NCBI GenBank assembly: GCA_963766335.1
Contig: CAVXZA010000002.1
Location: 928,292-992,291, forward strand
Reading direction: 5' to 3'
From: an uncultured Clostridia bacterium
GTDB taxonomy: Bacteria > Bacillota > Clostridia > DUPQ01
DNA: 64,000 nucleotides
Each line of letters opens with the position of its first letter. The first letter of the stretch is position 1. The notes beneath the pieces were generated by a model that had not been told where the DNA came from, searched no databases, and was given only the letters and a program-made list of their open reading frames with translations. Positions 9,910 through 19,163 of the stretch are shown piece by piece. The translations under genes and the position numbers were made by a program.

Positions 9910-11280
9910 ATGATGAAATACGATTTGATGATTATCGGAGGAGGACCGGCGGGATATCTTGCTGCTGAACGAGCAGGTCATGCAGGTTTGAAAACAATCC
10001 TCTTTGAAAAGAATAATGTGGGCGGGGTATGTCTTAACGAAGGCTGCATTCCTTCGAAAGCACTTTTATACTCAGCTAAGATTTATGATTATGCCAAAAC
10101 CGGCTCAAAATACGGCATAACTTTCGAAGGCGCACACCTTGATCAGGAGAAGGTCATAATGCGCAAAAAGAAAGTGGTAAAAACTCTCGTTGCAGGTGTA
10201 AGCGGAGCCCTTAAAAGAAATAAAGTTGAAGTTTTAAATGGAGAAGCTTTTATTGAAAAACGCAGCGCAGAGGGTTTTAATATCAGCTGCAGCGGTGAAA
10301 CATACACCGGCAGCAGGTTGATGATATGCACTGGCTCAATACCAATAATGCCTCCGATCGAAGGACTTAAAGAAGCTTATGAAAAAGGAATTGCAATGAC
10401 AAACAGGGAAATCCTGGATCTCATCGAAGTTCCCGAGAAACTTGTTGTCGTAGGCGGCGGCGTAATCGGCCTCGAAATGGCTTCCTATTATGATAGTGCA
10501 GGGTCGGAAGTCACTGTTATAGAAATGCTTGATAGAATCGCGGGAATGACCGATACTGACATTTCGAAAATCCTCATGAAGAATTATGAGAAGAAGGGTA
10601 TTGCATTCAATCTTCAATCAAAGGTAGTTAAGTTCACTGAAAATAGTGTTTTATACGAAAAAGACGGCAGCACAATTGAAGTTGCTGCTGATAAAGTATT
10701 GGTAAGTATTGGCAGAAGCCCAATGACAAAAGGAATTGGAATAGAGAACATCGGAGTAGAACTCACACAGCGCGGTGCGATTGTAACGGATGACAAAGGG
10801 CGTACCAATATCGCAGAAGTTTATGCTGCTGGCGATGTGAATGGTAAATCCATGCTTGCCCATACAGCTTATAGAGAAGCGGAAGTCTGCATAAACAATA
10901 TCCTTGGGAAAAAAGACAGGATGCGCTATTCTGCGATACCGTCAGTCATATATACGAATCCCGAAGTTGCAAGTGTAGGTGAAACCGAAGAAACTGCCAA
11001 ACAAAAAGGCATTGACTACGAATGTGCCAATATTTCAATGAGATATGCCGGCAGGTATGTTGCCGAAAACGAAGGCGGCGACGGTATCTGCAAAGTGCTT
11101 GTAGACAAAAAACATAAGAAGCTAATAGGCGTTTCCGCAATAGGCAGCTACACCAGCGAATTCATATACGGAGCGTCACTCATGATAGAGATGGAAATGA
11201 CCGTAGACGATATAAAGGAAGTGGTTTTCCCACACCCTACGGTATGTGAAGTTATAAGAGAAGCATTATTCGCATTTTAG
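9910..11280 (+). CDS. lpdA: dihydrolipoyl dehydrogenase (E3)
   Basis: It has GGGPAGY, the redox disulfide GGVCLNEGCIPSK, and HPT in the C-terminal interface. The start may be the second ATG at 9913. Confidence 0.9.
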   Translation: MMKYDLMIIGGGPAGYLAAERAGHAGLKTILFEKNNVGGVCLNEGCIPSKALLYSAKIYDYAKTGSKYGITFEGAHLDQEKVIMRKKKVVKTLVAGVSGALKRNKVEVLNGEAFIEKRSAEGFNISCSGETYTGSRLMICTGSIPIMPPIEGLKEAYEKGIAMTNREILDLIEVPEKLVVVGGGVIGLEMASYYDSAGSEVTVIEMLDRIAGMTDTDISKILMKNYEKKGIAFNLQSKVVKFTENSVLYEKDGSTIEVAADKVLVSIGRSPMTKGIGIENIGVELTQRGAIVTDDKGRTNIAEVYAAGDVNGKSMLAHTAYREAEVCINNILGKKDRMRYSAIPSVIYTNPEVASVGETEETAKQKGIDYECANISMRYAGRYVAENEGGDGICKVLVDKKHKKLIGVSAIGSYTSEFIYGASLMIEMEMTVDDIKEVVFPHPTVCEVIREALFAF

Positions 11281-11294
11281 AAAGGAGCAAATAA

Positions 11295-12578
11295 ATGCCC
11301 AGAACACAATATGTTGATCCTAATGAGATTAGGAAGAGCGGGGAAATTACATTTAAAAACATTCCCGTAAACCAGTATTCAAAATCAATTAAAGATGAGA
11401 CAGAGAATTTTTCATCTGATGATTTCATGCGCATATACCGCGACATGTCAATTATCAGGGAGTTTGAAAGTATGCTCAATGCCATTAAGACCACTGGCCA
11501 GTACAACGGCCTTGAGTATACCCATCCCGGTCCGGCGCATCTTTCAATCGGACAGGAAGCTTCGTCTGTTGGACAGGCGTATCTGCTTGATGCAAATGAC
11601 TATATTTTCGGTTCCCACAGGAGTCATGGTGAAATAATAGCCAAAGGACTGTCTGCAATTGAAAAACTTTCCGATAAGGAACTTATGGAAATAATGGAAT
11701 CGTACTTTGATGGTGCTATTTTAAAAGTTGTCCAGAAGGACCAGGATAGCGTTAAGGAACTTGCGAAAGATTTTCTGATATATGGAACATTGGCTGAAAT
11801 ATTTGCACGCGAAACCGGATTCCACCGTGGTCTCGGCGGTTCCATGCATGCGTTCTTCACGCCTTTCGGAATATATCCCAACAACGCAATCGTCGGCGGG
11901 TCAGCTGACATTGCAACGGGTGCTGCATTATTTAAGAAAGTCAACCGCAAAAGCGGTATCGTAATTGCAAACATCGGCGATGCATCCCTCGGCTGCGGGC
12001 CCGTTTGGGAAGGCATGTGCTTTGCCTCAATGGACCAGTTCCAAAAACTTTGGGAAGGTGAATACCAAGGCGGACTGCCGATTATATTCAATTTCTTTAA
12101 CAATCAATACGGCATGGGAGGCCAGACTAACGGCGAAACCATGGGATATGAATTCCTTGCCCGTTTCGGCGCAGGCGTTAATCCCGACCAAATGCACGCA
12201 GAACGTATAGACGGATACAATCCGCTTGCAGTAATAGATGCAATAAAACGCAAAAAATCAATTCTTGAAGCAAAAAAAGGCCCTGTTCTCCTTGATACTA
12301 TAACTTACAGAATTTCCGGCCATTCGCCTTCGGATGCTTCCGCTTACAGAAGCCGTGAGGAAATAGATGCATGGACCTCTCAGGATTCATTGATAACTTA
12401 TAGAAAAGCTCTTGTTGATGCCGGTGTTGCCGACGATTCAGTCTTCGAAACCATACTTGACACCACACGGGAGCTAATTACAAAGACAATGAAAATGGCC
12501 ACCAATGATGAAATCTCCCCAAGAATGGATTTGGTCGGCAACCGGCGATGCAATAGAAAAACTCATGTTTTCAAATGA
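11295..12578 (+). CDS. thiamine-pyrophosphate-dependent 2-oxoacid dehydrogenase E1 alpha subunit (long form)
   Basis: The TPP motif region is [17 protein letters not shown]...NNQYGMG, with HRSHG and SGHSPSD also present. AAAGGAG precedes the ATG. At 427 aa it is about 100 aa longer than a typical AcoA/PdhA. Confidence 0.8.
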   Translation: MPRTQYVDPNEIRKSGEITFKNIPVNQYSKSIKDETENFSSDDFMRIYRDMSIIREFESMLNAIKTTGQYNGLEYTHPGPAHLSIGQEASSVGQAYLLDANDYIFGSHRSHGEIIAKGLSAIEKLSDKELMEIMESYFDGAILKVVQKDQDSVKELAKDFLIYGTLAEIFARETGFHRGLGGSMHAFFTPFGIYPNNAIVGGSADIATGAALFKKVNRKSGIVIANIGDASLGCGPVWEGMCFASMDQFQKLWEGEYQGGLPIIFNFFNNQYGMGGQTNGETMGYEFLARFGAGVNPDQMHAERIDGYNPLAVIDAIKRKKSILEAKKGPVLLDTITYRISGHSPSDASAYRSREEIDAWTSQDSLITYRKALVDAGVADDSVFETILDTTRELITKTMKMATNDEISPRMDLVGNRRCNRKTHVFK

Positions 12579-12591
12579 AAAGATTGAGAAA

Positions 12592-13758
12592 ATGGAAGAA
12601 GGCGAAGCCCAGGTCAATATGCCTTATGAAGAAAATCCAAGGGCTGTGCAGATTGCACGTAAAGAAAGATATGCATTTAAAGACGGCAAACCGGTTTCTA
12701 AAAATAAAACATTCCAGGTTAGGGATGCGATTTTTGAAGCAGTTGCCCATAAATTCCATACTGACCCGACTCTTGTTGCATACGGCGAAGAAAACAGGGA
12801 CTGGGGCGGAGCATTTGCGGTCTACCGCGGACTTACTGAAGCGCTTCCATATAACAGGCTTTTTAATTCATCTATTAGCGAAGCTGCAATAGTTGGTACT
12901 GCCGTAGGTTACGGAATGTGCGGCGGCCGTGCAATTGTTGAACTTATGTACTGCGATTTTCTCGGAAGGGCCGGGGATGAAGTCTTTAACCAACTTCCCA
13001 AATGGCAGTCAATGAGTGCAGGCGTATTGAAGATGCCCGTGGTAGTAAGGGTTTCCGTTGGCTCTAAGTACGGTGCCCAGCATTCGCAGGACTGGACGAG
13101 TCTCTGCGCTCATGTACCCGGACTCAAAGTTGTATTCCCGGTTTCGCCATATGATGCAAAAGGCCTGATGAATTCTGCTCTAATGGGAACAGACCCTGTA
13201 ATATTCTTTGAAAGTCAAAGGATTTATGATAAAGGAGAGGAATTCGTTGAAGGCGGAGTACCCAAAGGCTACTATGAAATACCAATCGGCGAACCCGATG
13301 TAAAAAGAGAAGGCTCCGATGTGACCATACTTACAATCGGTGCAACACTATACAGGGCCCTTGAAGCGGCTGATGAACTTGAAAAGACATATGGTATGTC
13401 TGCTGAAGTCATCGATGCCAGGAGCATTGTTCCCTTCAATTATGAAAAGGTTATCGAATCCGTTAAAAAAACAGGGCGCATCATTCTTTCCAGCGATGCC
13501 TGCGAAAGGGGTTCCCATCTAAAGGATATGGCACAGACAATCAGTGAATTGGCATTTGACTACCTCGATGCACCTCCTGTCGTTGTCGGCGCAAGGAACT
13601 GGATTACACCGGCTCAGGAATATGAAAAATATTTCTTCCCTCAGCCCGGATGGATAATTGATGCTATACATCAGAAAATAGTTCCGCTGAAGGGTCACGT
13701 GTCAACGCAGAACTTTACCGAAACGGAACAATTGCGGCTTAACAAATACGGAGTATAA
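12592..13758 (+). CDS. 2-oxoacid dehydrogenase E1 beta subunit
   Basis: It has a transketolase-like pyrimidine-binding region ([33 protein letters not shown]) and the matching C-terminal domain. The start is uncertain: 12505, 12565, 12592 and 12619 are all in frame, and the ORF overlaps the E1-alpha ORF by 74 nt. Confidence 0.75.
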   Translation: MEEGEAQVNMPYEENPRAVQIARKERYAFKDGKPVSKNKTFQVRDAIFEAVAHKFHTDPTLVAYGEENRDWGGAFAVYRGLTEALPYNRLFNSSISEAAIVGTAVGYGMCGGRAIVELMYCDFLGRAGDEVFNQLPKWQSMSAGVLKMPVVVRVSVGSKYGAQHSQDWTSLCAHVPGLKVVFPVSPYDAKGLMNSALMGTDPVIFFESQRIYDKGEEFVEGGVPKGYYEIPIGEPDVKREGSDVTILTIGATLYRALEAADELEKTYGMSAEVIDARSIVPFNYEKVIESVKKTGRIILSSDACERGSHLKDMAQTISELAFDYLDAPPVVVGARNWITPAQEYEKYFFPQPGWIIDAIHQKIVPLKGHVSTQNFTETEQLRLNKYGV

Positions 13759-13760
13759 AT

Positions 13761-14519
13761 ATGAATGGCAGACAGCAGCAAATTAAAAAAATGCTGGAAT
13801 CCGCCGGCGAGGTTCATCTTCAGGATTTAAGGAAGGTTTTTACAGACATTTCGGAGATGACTCTCCGGAGGGATCTGAGTCTTCTGGAAAATGAAGGATA
13901 TGCAATCAGAACCCACGGCGGTGCAGTCAGCACCAAAAAAGTGAATCTGCATGACGGTCAGGAGAATGAATATTCAAAACGTGCAAAGGAAGGCATAGTG
14001 GCGAAAACCGGCATTGCGGCGAAAGCAGTACGCTTTATAGAAAAAGGGCGGTCCATTTATCTGGATGCAGGCAGTACTGTAATGGGCCTTGCCAAGCTAA
14101 TTGAGGGGGATGGATGCACATTTGTGACTAGTGCGGTTAATACGGCACTGAAACTTTCATCAACAGCCCATTCTGTAATGCTGCTTGGCGGCGCAGTTAA
14201 CAAAAATACTCTGTCATGCTCAGGACCTGATGCGCTCCTGATGATGGATGCGCTGAATATCGATGTTGCCATAATGTCTGCATCAGGTTTTTCACTGGAC
14301 AGGGGATTCACAATATCAAACAGGTATGAGTGCCTTCTAAAGCAAAAAGTTTTGGATAAGGCAAAAAAAGTTGTGATGTTGATGGACTGCAGCAAAATAG
14401 ATAAAGACCTGACGTTTACCTTCGCATCCATTGAGGAGATTGACTATTGGGTTTGCGACAAAGAGCCGGACGAAAGTATAATTAAAAAATGCAAAGAGTT
14501 CAAAGTTGAACTCGTTTAG
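13761..14519 (+). CDS. DeoR/GlpR family transcriptional regulator
   Basis: It has an N-terminal HTH (ISEMTLRRDLSLLENEGYAIRTHGGA) and a DeoR C-terminal sugar-phosphate sensor fold. Confidence 0.85.
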   Translation: MNGRQQQIKKMLESAGEVHLQDLRKVFTDISEMTLRRDLSLLENEGYAIRTHGGAVSTKKVNLHDGQENEYSKRAKEGIVAKTGIAAKAVRFIEKGRSIYLDAGSTVMGLAKLIEGDGCTFVTSAVNTALKLSSTAHSVMLLGGAVNKNTLSCSGPDALLMMDALNIDVAIMSASGFSLDRGFTISNRYECLLKQKVLDKAKKVVMLMDCSKIDKDLTFTFASIEEIDYWVCDKEPDESIIKKCKEFKVELV

Positions 14520-14528
14520 GAGGATAGC

Positions 14529-15308
14529 ATGAGTTATAAGAGACTTGAAGGCAAGGTAGCCGTAATAACCGGTGCAGCCCAGGGATTGGGAGAAGCGCTG
14601 GCTCAAAGGCTTGATAAAGAAGGTTGTAAGGTTGTAATCGGCGATATAAATATAGACGGTGCAATAAAAGTTGCAGAACAACTATCAGATGCCACAGCGG
14701 TCAAGGTTGATGTTACTTCAGAAGAGGATGTTGAAGCCCTGATGAATGTTGCAATTGATAAATACGGAAAGGTTGATATAGCCATCAGCAATGCTGCAGT
14801 ACTTATTTCCGGACCAACGCCTGAATTTGATGTTAAGAAATGGCAGTTTGTAATGAATGTTAATCTTGTCGGATATTTTATATTTGCTAAAGCCGCTGCA
14901 AAAAAAATGCTTGAAAGCGGCGGAGGTTCAATCATTCAAATAAACAGTAAGTCCGGTAAAAAAGGATCAAATAAAAATTCAGCATATGCGGCGTCAAAAT
15001 TCGGAGGCATCGGTCTAACTCAAAGCCTTGCCCTTGAATTTGCAGATAAAAACATCAGGGTAAATGCGATATGCCCGGGTAATCTGCTGAACTCGCCGCT
15101 GTGGACAAACAGCTTGTTTAAACAGTATGCTGCGAACCAGGGAATTACTGAGGATGAAGTGCGTCAGAAATATCTGAACCAAGTCCCGATGAGACGTCCC
15201 TGTGAATATGAGGATGTAGCTAATCTGATGACATTCCTTGCTTCGGATGAGAGCAATTATATGACGGGGCAGGCCATTAACGTAACCGGTGGCCAGCAAA
15301 TGTCCTGA
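14529..15308 (+). CDS. SDR oxidoreductase, sorbitol-6-phosphate 2-dehydrogenase (SrlD)-like
   Basis: It has TGAAQGLG and the block IIQINSKSGKKGSNKNSAYAASKFGGIGLTQSLALEF...CPGNLLNSPLW...INVTGGQ. That block closely parallels my recollection of E. coli SrlD. Confidence 0.75.
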   Translation: MSYKRLEGKVAVITGAAQGLGEALAQRLDKEGCKVVIGDINIDGAIKVAEQLSDATAVKVDVTSEEDVEALMNVAIDKYGKVDIAISNAAVLISGPTPEFDVKKWQFVMNVNLVGYFIFAKAAAKKMLESGGGSIIQINSKSGKKGSNKNSAYAASKFGGIGLTQSLALEFADKNIRVNAICPGNLLNSPLWTNSLFKQYAANQGITEDEVRQKYLNQVPMRRPCEYEDVANLMTFLASDESNYMTGQAINVTGGQQMS

Positions 15309-15336
15309 TAAATTAGTTTTCCAACGGATGCAGTGA

Positions 15337-15951
15337 TTATTTAGGTTCGCGCAGCATTTCCCACTGGGGAATATTAAGTTTAGGCAAAAGAATTTTATCA
15401 AGAATTTCAAAACCCAGATGGTTGTACATAGCAACATTGGGTTCGGTGGATGTTTCTAGGTATATCGGAAGGCCGGTTCTTTCGCTTTCCTTAATTATTC
15501 GCCGGATAAGTTTTCCCCCGAATCCCTGTCCCTGATGCTGAGGTGAAACACCGACTATCATTACATATATGAACGGCTTATCCTTCATATGTTTTTTACG
15601 GTCTTTGTCAAAAACCCGGAGGGGCATCATTCGGAACATTGGCCTGAAACCGGCTTTTTTACCGGAACGGGTTGCCCCGCTTTTAATCATTCTTCCGAAA
15701 GTCATTTCTGAATATTCACTTGGCAGCCATCCTGTGAAACCCTCAATCTCTGGTGAAGTAGCTATGGCTGTACCGTACTTCATACAGTATCTAACCGGGC
15801 TTTGGAACCATGCGCTTCTCTGTTCCCGGCTGCATCCTTTCATTATCCTCCCCCATATAGGGTCATGTTCAAATGCGTCGGCAAGGACTTTGCCGGCTTT
15901 TTCAATATCCGATTCCTGTAGTTTATAAAGATTTTCTATTTGACCATGCAC
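15337..15951 (-). CDS. GNAT family N-acetyltransferase
   Basis: The acetyl-CoA motif is VGVSPQHQGQGFGGKLI. I prefer the GTG at 15951, which has GAGGTG 6 nt upstream; the ORF track extends to 15960. Confidence 0.75.
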   Translation of the reverse strand: MHGQIENLYKLQESDIEKAGKVLADAFEHDPIWGRIMKGCSREQRSAWFQSPVRYCMKYGTAIATSPEIEGFTGWLPSEYSEMTFGRMIKSGATRSGKKAGFRPMFRMMPLRVFDKDRKKHMKDKPFIYVMIVGVSPQHQGQGFGGKLIRRIIKESERTGLPIYLETSTEPNVAMYNHLGFEILDKILLPKLNIPQWEMLREPK

Positions 15952-15968
15952 TATAATCACCTCTTCAA

Positions 15969-16856
15969 CTAGATTTTATCATACCTTATTACAAGGCTTA
16001 AATCAGTTGGATTGCCAAAATGATATTCATGAACAGTGATGTGTTCATTATCAATGGACCGTTCCGGTAAAGTGAGGTCTCCGGCATAACCGTCCACATA
16101 TGGCAATCGGTGTGTTGTGAGTTTGATTTCGTCATCACTGATTTCCATAATTCGATATGAGGTCGTTCCGAGAACAGTACTTGCTGTTTCTATCTGATAG
16201 GTGCTGCCCATCGGTATAATACTATTAATGTGCTGATGGCCGCAGAAATATGCCAGGACATTATGCTTTCTGTTACCAAGCAAATCTACAAGAGCAGGTA
16301 AAGTCATATCGATGCGCGAGTAATCCCAGTCTCTGCAAAAGCCGCCTTCTCTGGTACGGACAAGCGGATAATGACCGAAGACAATCTTTGGTTCCGGTTT
16401 TATCAATTGACTCTCCAACCAGGCCAACTGTCCGTCAGGGTCTTCATTCCTTATTGAGAATCCTATGAAGCGAATACCCATAAAAATACTCGAATACCTT
16501 ACCCCTTTTTCACCAAAAGCTTTATAATAATTAGTATCTTCAAGTGGAACATACTCATACTCCTCAAGGTCCGGATACCGTTTTTCCATTCCTTTTGTAG
16601 CGCAGAGGTCATGATTTCCTGCCGGGGCAATATACGGTACCGTCAGTATGTCCAGCTGATCCCGCACATACTCCAGTTCTGAGAGGTGCTTTGTTCCCTT
16701 TACTGATATGTCTCCACAGATGGCAACCAATTCACATTTTGAGGATTCATCACCAAGCCAATCCCAAAACCCTGATAAAACTTTTTCCGAAGCCGGATAG
16801 TGAAGCTGCCGGCTGCCGTTGTCATAATGTGTGTCTGCAAGAATTAATACCTTCAT
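15969..16856 (-). CDS. metallophosphoesterase
   Basis: The calcineurin-like motifs are ILADTHYD, GDISVKG, GNHD and GHQH. Confidence 0.8.
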   Translation of the reverse strand: MKVLILADTHYDNGSRQLHYPASEKVLSGFWDWLGDESSKCELVAICGDISVKGTKHLSELEYVRDQLDILTVPYIAPAGNHDLCATKGMEKRYPDLEEYEYVPLEDTNYYKAFGEKGVRYSSIFMGIRFIGFSIRNEDPDGQLAWLESQLIKPEPKIVFGHYPLVRTREGGFCRDWDYSRIDMTLPALVDLLGNRKHNVLAYFCGHQHINSIIPMGSTYQIETASTVLGTTSYRIMEISDDEIKLTTHRLPYVDGYAGDLTLPERSIDNEHITVHEYHFGNPTDLSLVIRYDKI

Positions 16857-16957
16857 ACTTCATATTATATGTAATTTTGTTACATCGGGCAAAAGAATAT
16901 TTCTTTCTGTTGTGTTAATATTGTTTTATCAACAAAGTGACAATACTTATTGGAAGG

Positions 16958-16986
16958 ACCCCTAAAAACAACAGGTAATCAGCGAA
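16958..16986 (+). promoter_or_regulatory. candidate SigI-type autoregulatory promoter
   Basis: ACCCC (16958-16962) and CGAA (16983-16986) lie upstream of sigI. They resemble the C-rich -35 and CGWA -10 elements I recall for sigma-I promoters. I have not verified the spacing (20 nt between the motifs) against the published consensus. Confidence 0.35.
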
Positions 16987-17036
16987 TAATATATTAAGAA
17001 AGGTTTTTCGGAATGCATAATAATACGGAGAGCCCA

Positions 17037-17672
17037 ATGAAATTTGAAAACTTGGAACAAAGGGTGCTAGAAGCGAAAAGCAATCCTGATGAGATGAACA
17101 GATTAATTGAGGAATATGTCCCGTTCATCCGAAAAACAGCTGTGAAGGTTGTTCCTCCGGGAGCATATGACAGTTTCAGCACTACCGCAATGTCGGCATT
17201 TGCCGAGGCGATTGAAAAGTTCCGCGAGAATGAGGGCAGGTTTCTTGGATTTGCATCGCTGGTAATAACCAATAGGGTAAAAGACCAGGTGAGAAAAGAA
17301 TTCAAACCAAATGAATTACCCAGCGATGATATTGAAATCGAGGTAACCTTTGAGGATAAGACCGACAGGAAAATAGAGGTTGATATGTTCAGGGACGAGT
17401 TAACGGTTTATGGAATTTTACTGGATGACTTGTTGAAGAACAGCCCTAAACACAAAGGCAGCAGAAAAAAAGCCAATGCAGCTGCCCAAACCTTGTCGGG
17501 AAGTGAATTTTTATTCAATATTCTAAGAGAGACAAAAAAAGTACCTGTTAAGAAATTGAGCGAAATATCAGGGATTGCGGAAAAACTTATAGAACAAAAA
17601 AGGAAATATATAATCGCCGGAGCATTGCTCAGGCAAACGAAATATTCATACTTAAAAGAATTTATTAAATGA
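17037..17672 (+). CDS. sigI: RNA polymerase sigma factor SigI
   Basis: LLKNSPKH, KRKYIIAG and FAEAIEKF match B. subtilis SigI landmarks (LLENSPKH, RKYIIA). The gene is translationally coupled to an RsgI gene. GGAGAG precedes the ATG at 17037. Confidence 0.85.
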   Translation: MKFENLEQRVLEAKSNPDEMNRLIEEYVPFIRKTAVKVVPPGAYDSFSTTAMSAFAEAIEKFRENEGRFLGFASLVITNRVKDQVRKEFKPNELPSDDIEIEVTFEDKTDRKIEVDMFRDELTVYGILLDDLLKNSPKHKGSRKKANAAAQTLSGSEFLFNILRETKKVPVKKLSEISGIAEKLIEQKRKYIIAGALLRQTKYSYLKEFIK

Positions 17673-17683
17673 GGTGCGACTCA

Positions 17684-19033
17684 ATGAAAGGCATACTAAT
17701 AGAAAAAAGAACACGGAAGTCCGTGGTAATGGATCAAAATGGAAGATTCGTGAAAACAAAAACCATGAGAGGGTGGAATGAAGGCGAAGAAGTTAGTTTC
17801 ATGAGCGGTGCTGTTAAAACTGCAAGAAACCTCTCTATTGCCGCTGCATTTGTCTTTGTTTTAGCTCTGGGTTTATTTGCTGTATATACCGGAAATGCAT
17901 ATACAGTATATCTTGATGTAAATCCATCTATTGAAATAGAAGTAAATGCATTTAATAATGTATCATCAATAAAGGCGTTGAATGATGACGCGGAACAGAT
18001 CGGCGACCTTGATAGTCTGGTCGGCTTGAAATTCGGACCGGCTGTAAATGTAGCGATACAGTTGCTTCTTGACGAAGGTTACCTGGATGAAGATGGTACC
18101 GTTGTACTTTCAATCACAGGGAAAAACGGTAAACTGAAGACTGTTGAAAGAGAGGTTTCCGAAGCGTTGTCAGGGATTGAGATTGAAACAGAAGATGATG
18201 AGGATGAACCGGAAGAGGCGGATGTTGAAGACGGAGAACCCAAACTCAAAGTATATATCGGCAGGGTAACCGAAGAAATGGCAGCCGCCGCAGAAGAACT
18301 TGATGTACCAATCGGAAGGATTGTTTTGGCAGCAAAGGCACAGGAGGAAGGGGCTGACATTTCTTATGAAATGGCTTCATTGCTCAGTGTCCAGGAGTTG
18401 CAGAGAATCAGGAATTTATCAAAGACTATTAATAAAGCAACAGACTTACTGGCCGGAGTTTCAGCTCAGGGACAGGAAAACGGGAATAGTAATATGAAGC
18501 AAGTTGAAGCCATGACAAATAAGATTCTCAGGGAGGCTGCTAAAATTGAAGGAAATCTTGCTGAATTAGAAGCATTGATTGCAGCGGGTGAAGCTGACGA
18601 TGAAATGATTGAAAGACATGCGGTTCTCACCATTCAGCTTGAAAGTCTTTTAACGAAAATGGAACAAATGGGAATTGCAGCTGATAATGAGACCGAAGAA
18701 ATTATAACAGGAATGGCTCAGTACAAGGGCGCAACACCTGAAGAGAAGGCTAGGATTCGGGAAGAAATAAAAGAAGCGAAAAAGGCCGATAATGATGCCA
18801 AAAAGGAAGAAAACCGTACCAGAGTCGAAGAAAAGATGGAAGAAGTAAAGGCTAAAGTTGCAGCATTGAAAGCCGCAAAGAATAAATCCGAAGACGAAGG
18901 CCCGGAAAATGCAGGGGATAATGCCGGCGATAACGCAGGCGATAATTCCAGCGACAATAGCCCGGGGAATTCAGGAAATAATGCCGGAAACAATGCCGGA
19001 AACAATGCCGGGGGAAATGGAAACGGCAACTGA
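17684..19033 (+). CDS. rsgI: anti-sigma-I factor RsgI, with a coiled-coil and low-complexity extracellular tail
   Basis: The N-terminal RsgI domain is MKGILIEKRTRKSVVMDQNGRFVKTK...GEEV. It is followed by one TM helix (LSIAAAFVFVLALGLFAVY) and a juxtamembrane domain (YLDVNPSIEIEVN). An acidic tract, E/K/A-rich helices and G-[DN]-N-A-G repeats follow. Confidence 0.85.
   Translation: MKGILIEKRTRKSVVMDQNGRFVKTKTMRGWNEGEEVSFMSGAVKTARNLSIAAAFVFVLALGLFAVYTGNAYTVYLDVNPSIEIEVNAFNNVSSIKALNDDAEQIGDLDSLVGLKFGPAVNVAIQLLLDEGYLDEDGTVVLSITGKNGKLKTVEREVSEALSGIEIETEDDEDEPEEADVEDGEPKLKVYIGRVTEEMAAAAEELDVPIGRIVLAAKAQEEGADISYEMASLLSVQELQRIRNLSKTINKATDLLAGVSAQGQENGNSNMKQVEAMTNKILREAAKIEGNLAELEALIAAGEADDEMIERHAVLTIQLESLLTKMEQMGIAADNETEEIITGMAQYKGATPEEKARIREEIKEAKKADNDAKKEENRTRVEEKMEEVKAKVAALKAAKNKSEDEGPENAGDNAGDNAGDNSSDNSPGNSGNNAGNNAGNNAGGNGNGN
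18907..19030 (+). repeat. in-frame 15-nt (pentapeptide) tandem repeats at the 3' end of rsgI
   Basis: This region encodes ENAGDNAGDNAGDNSSDNSPGNSGNNAGNNAGNNAGGNGNGN. The unit aataatgccggaaac/aatgccggaaac is repeated almost exactly. Confidence 0.8.
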
Positions 19034-19054
19034 TAATAAGCGTATTGCATATTT

Positions 19055-19082
19055 AAAACCGGGTCGTTCGACCCGGTTTTTT
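19055..19082 (+). terminator. rho-independent terminator after rsgI
   Basis: AAAACCGGGTCGttCGACCCGG followed by TTTTTT. Confidence 0.85.
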
Positions 19083-19105
19083 AATGCTGAAAACCAAAAA
19101 ATTGG

Positions 19106-19134
19106 TTGACAAAAAATGGTAATAGGTTTATTAT
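19106..19134 (+). promoter_or_regulatory. near-consensus sigma-A promoter
   Basis: TTGACA (19106-19111), a 17-nt spacer and TATTAT (19129-19134), 30 nt upstream of the 19164 start. Confidence 0.6.
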
Positions 19135-19163
19135 GAACATACAATATTTACCAGGAGCACAGA

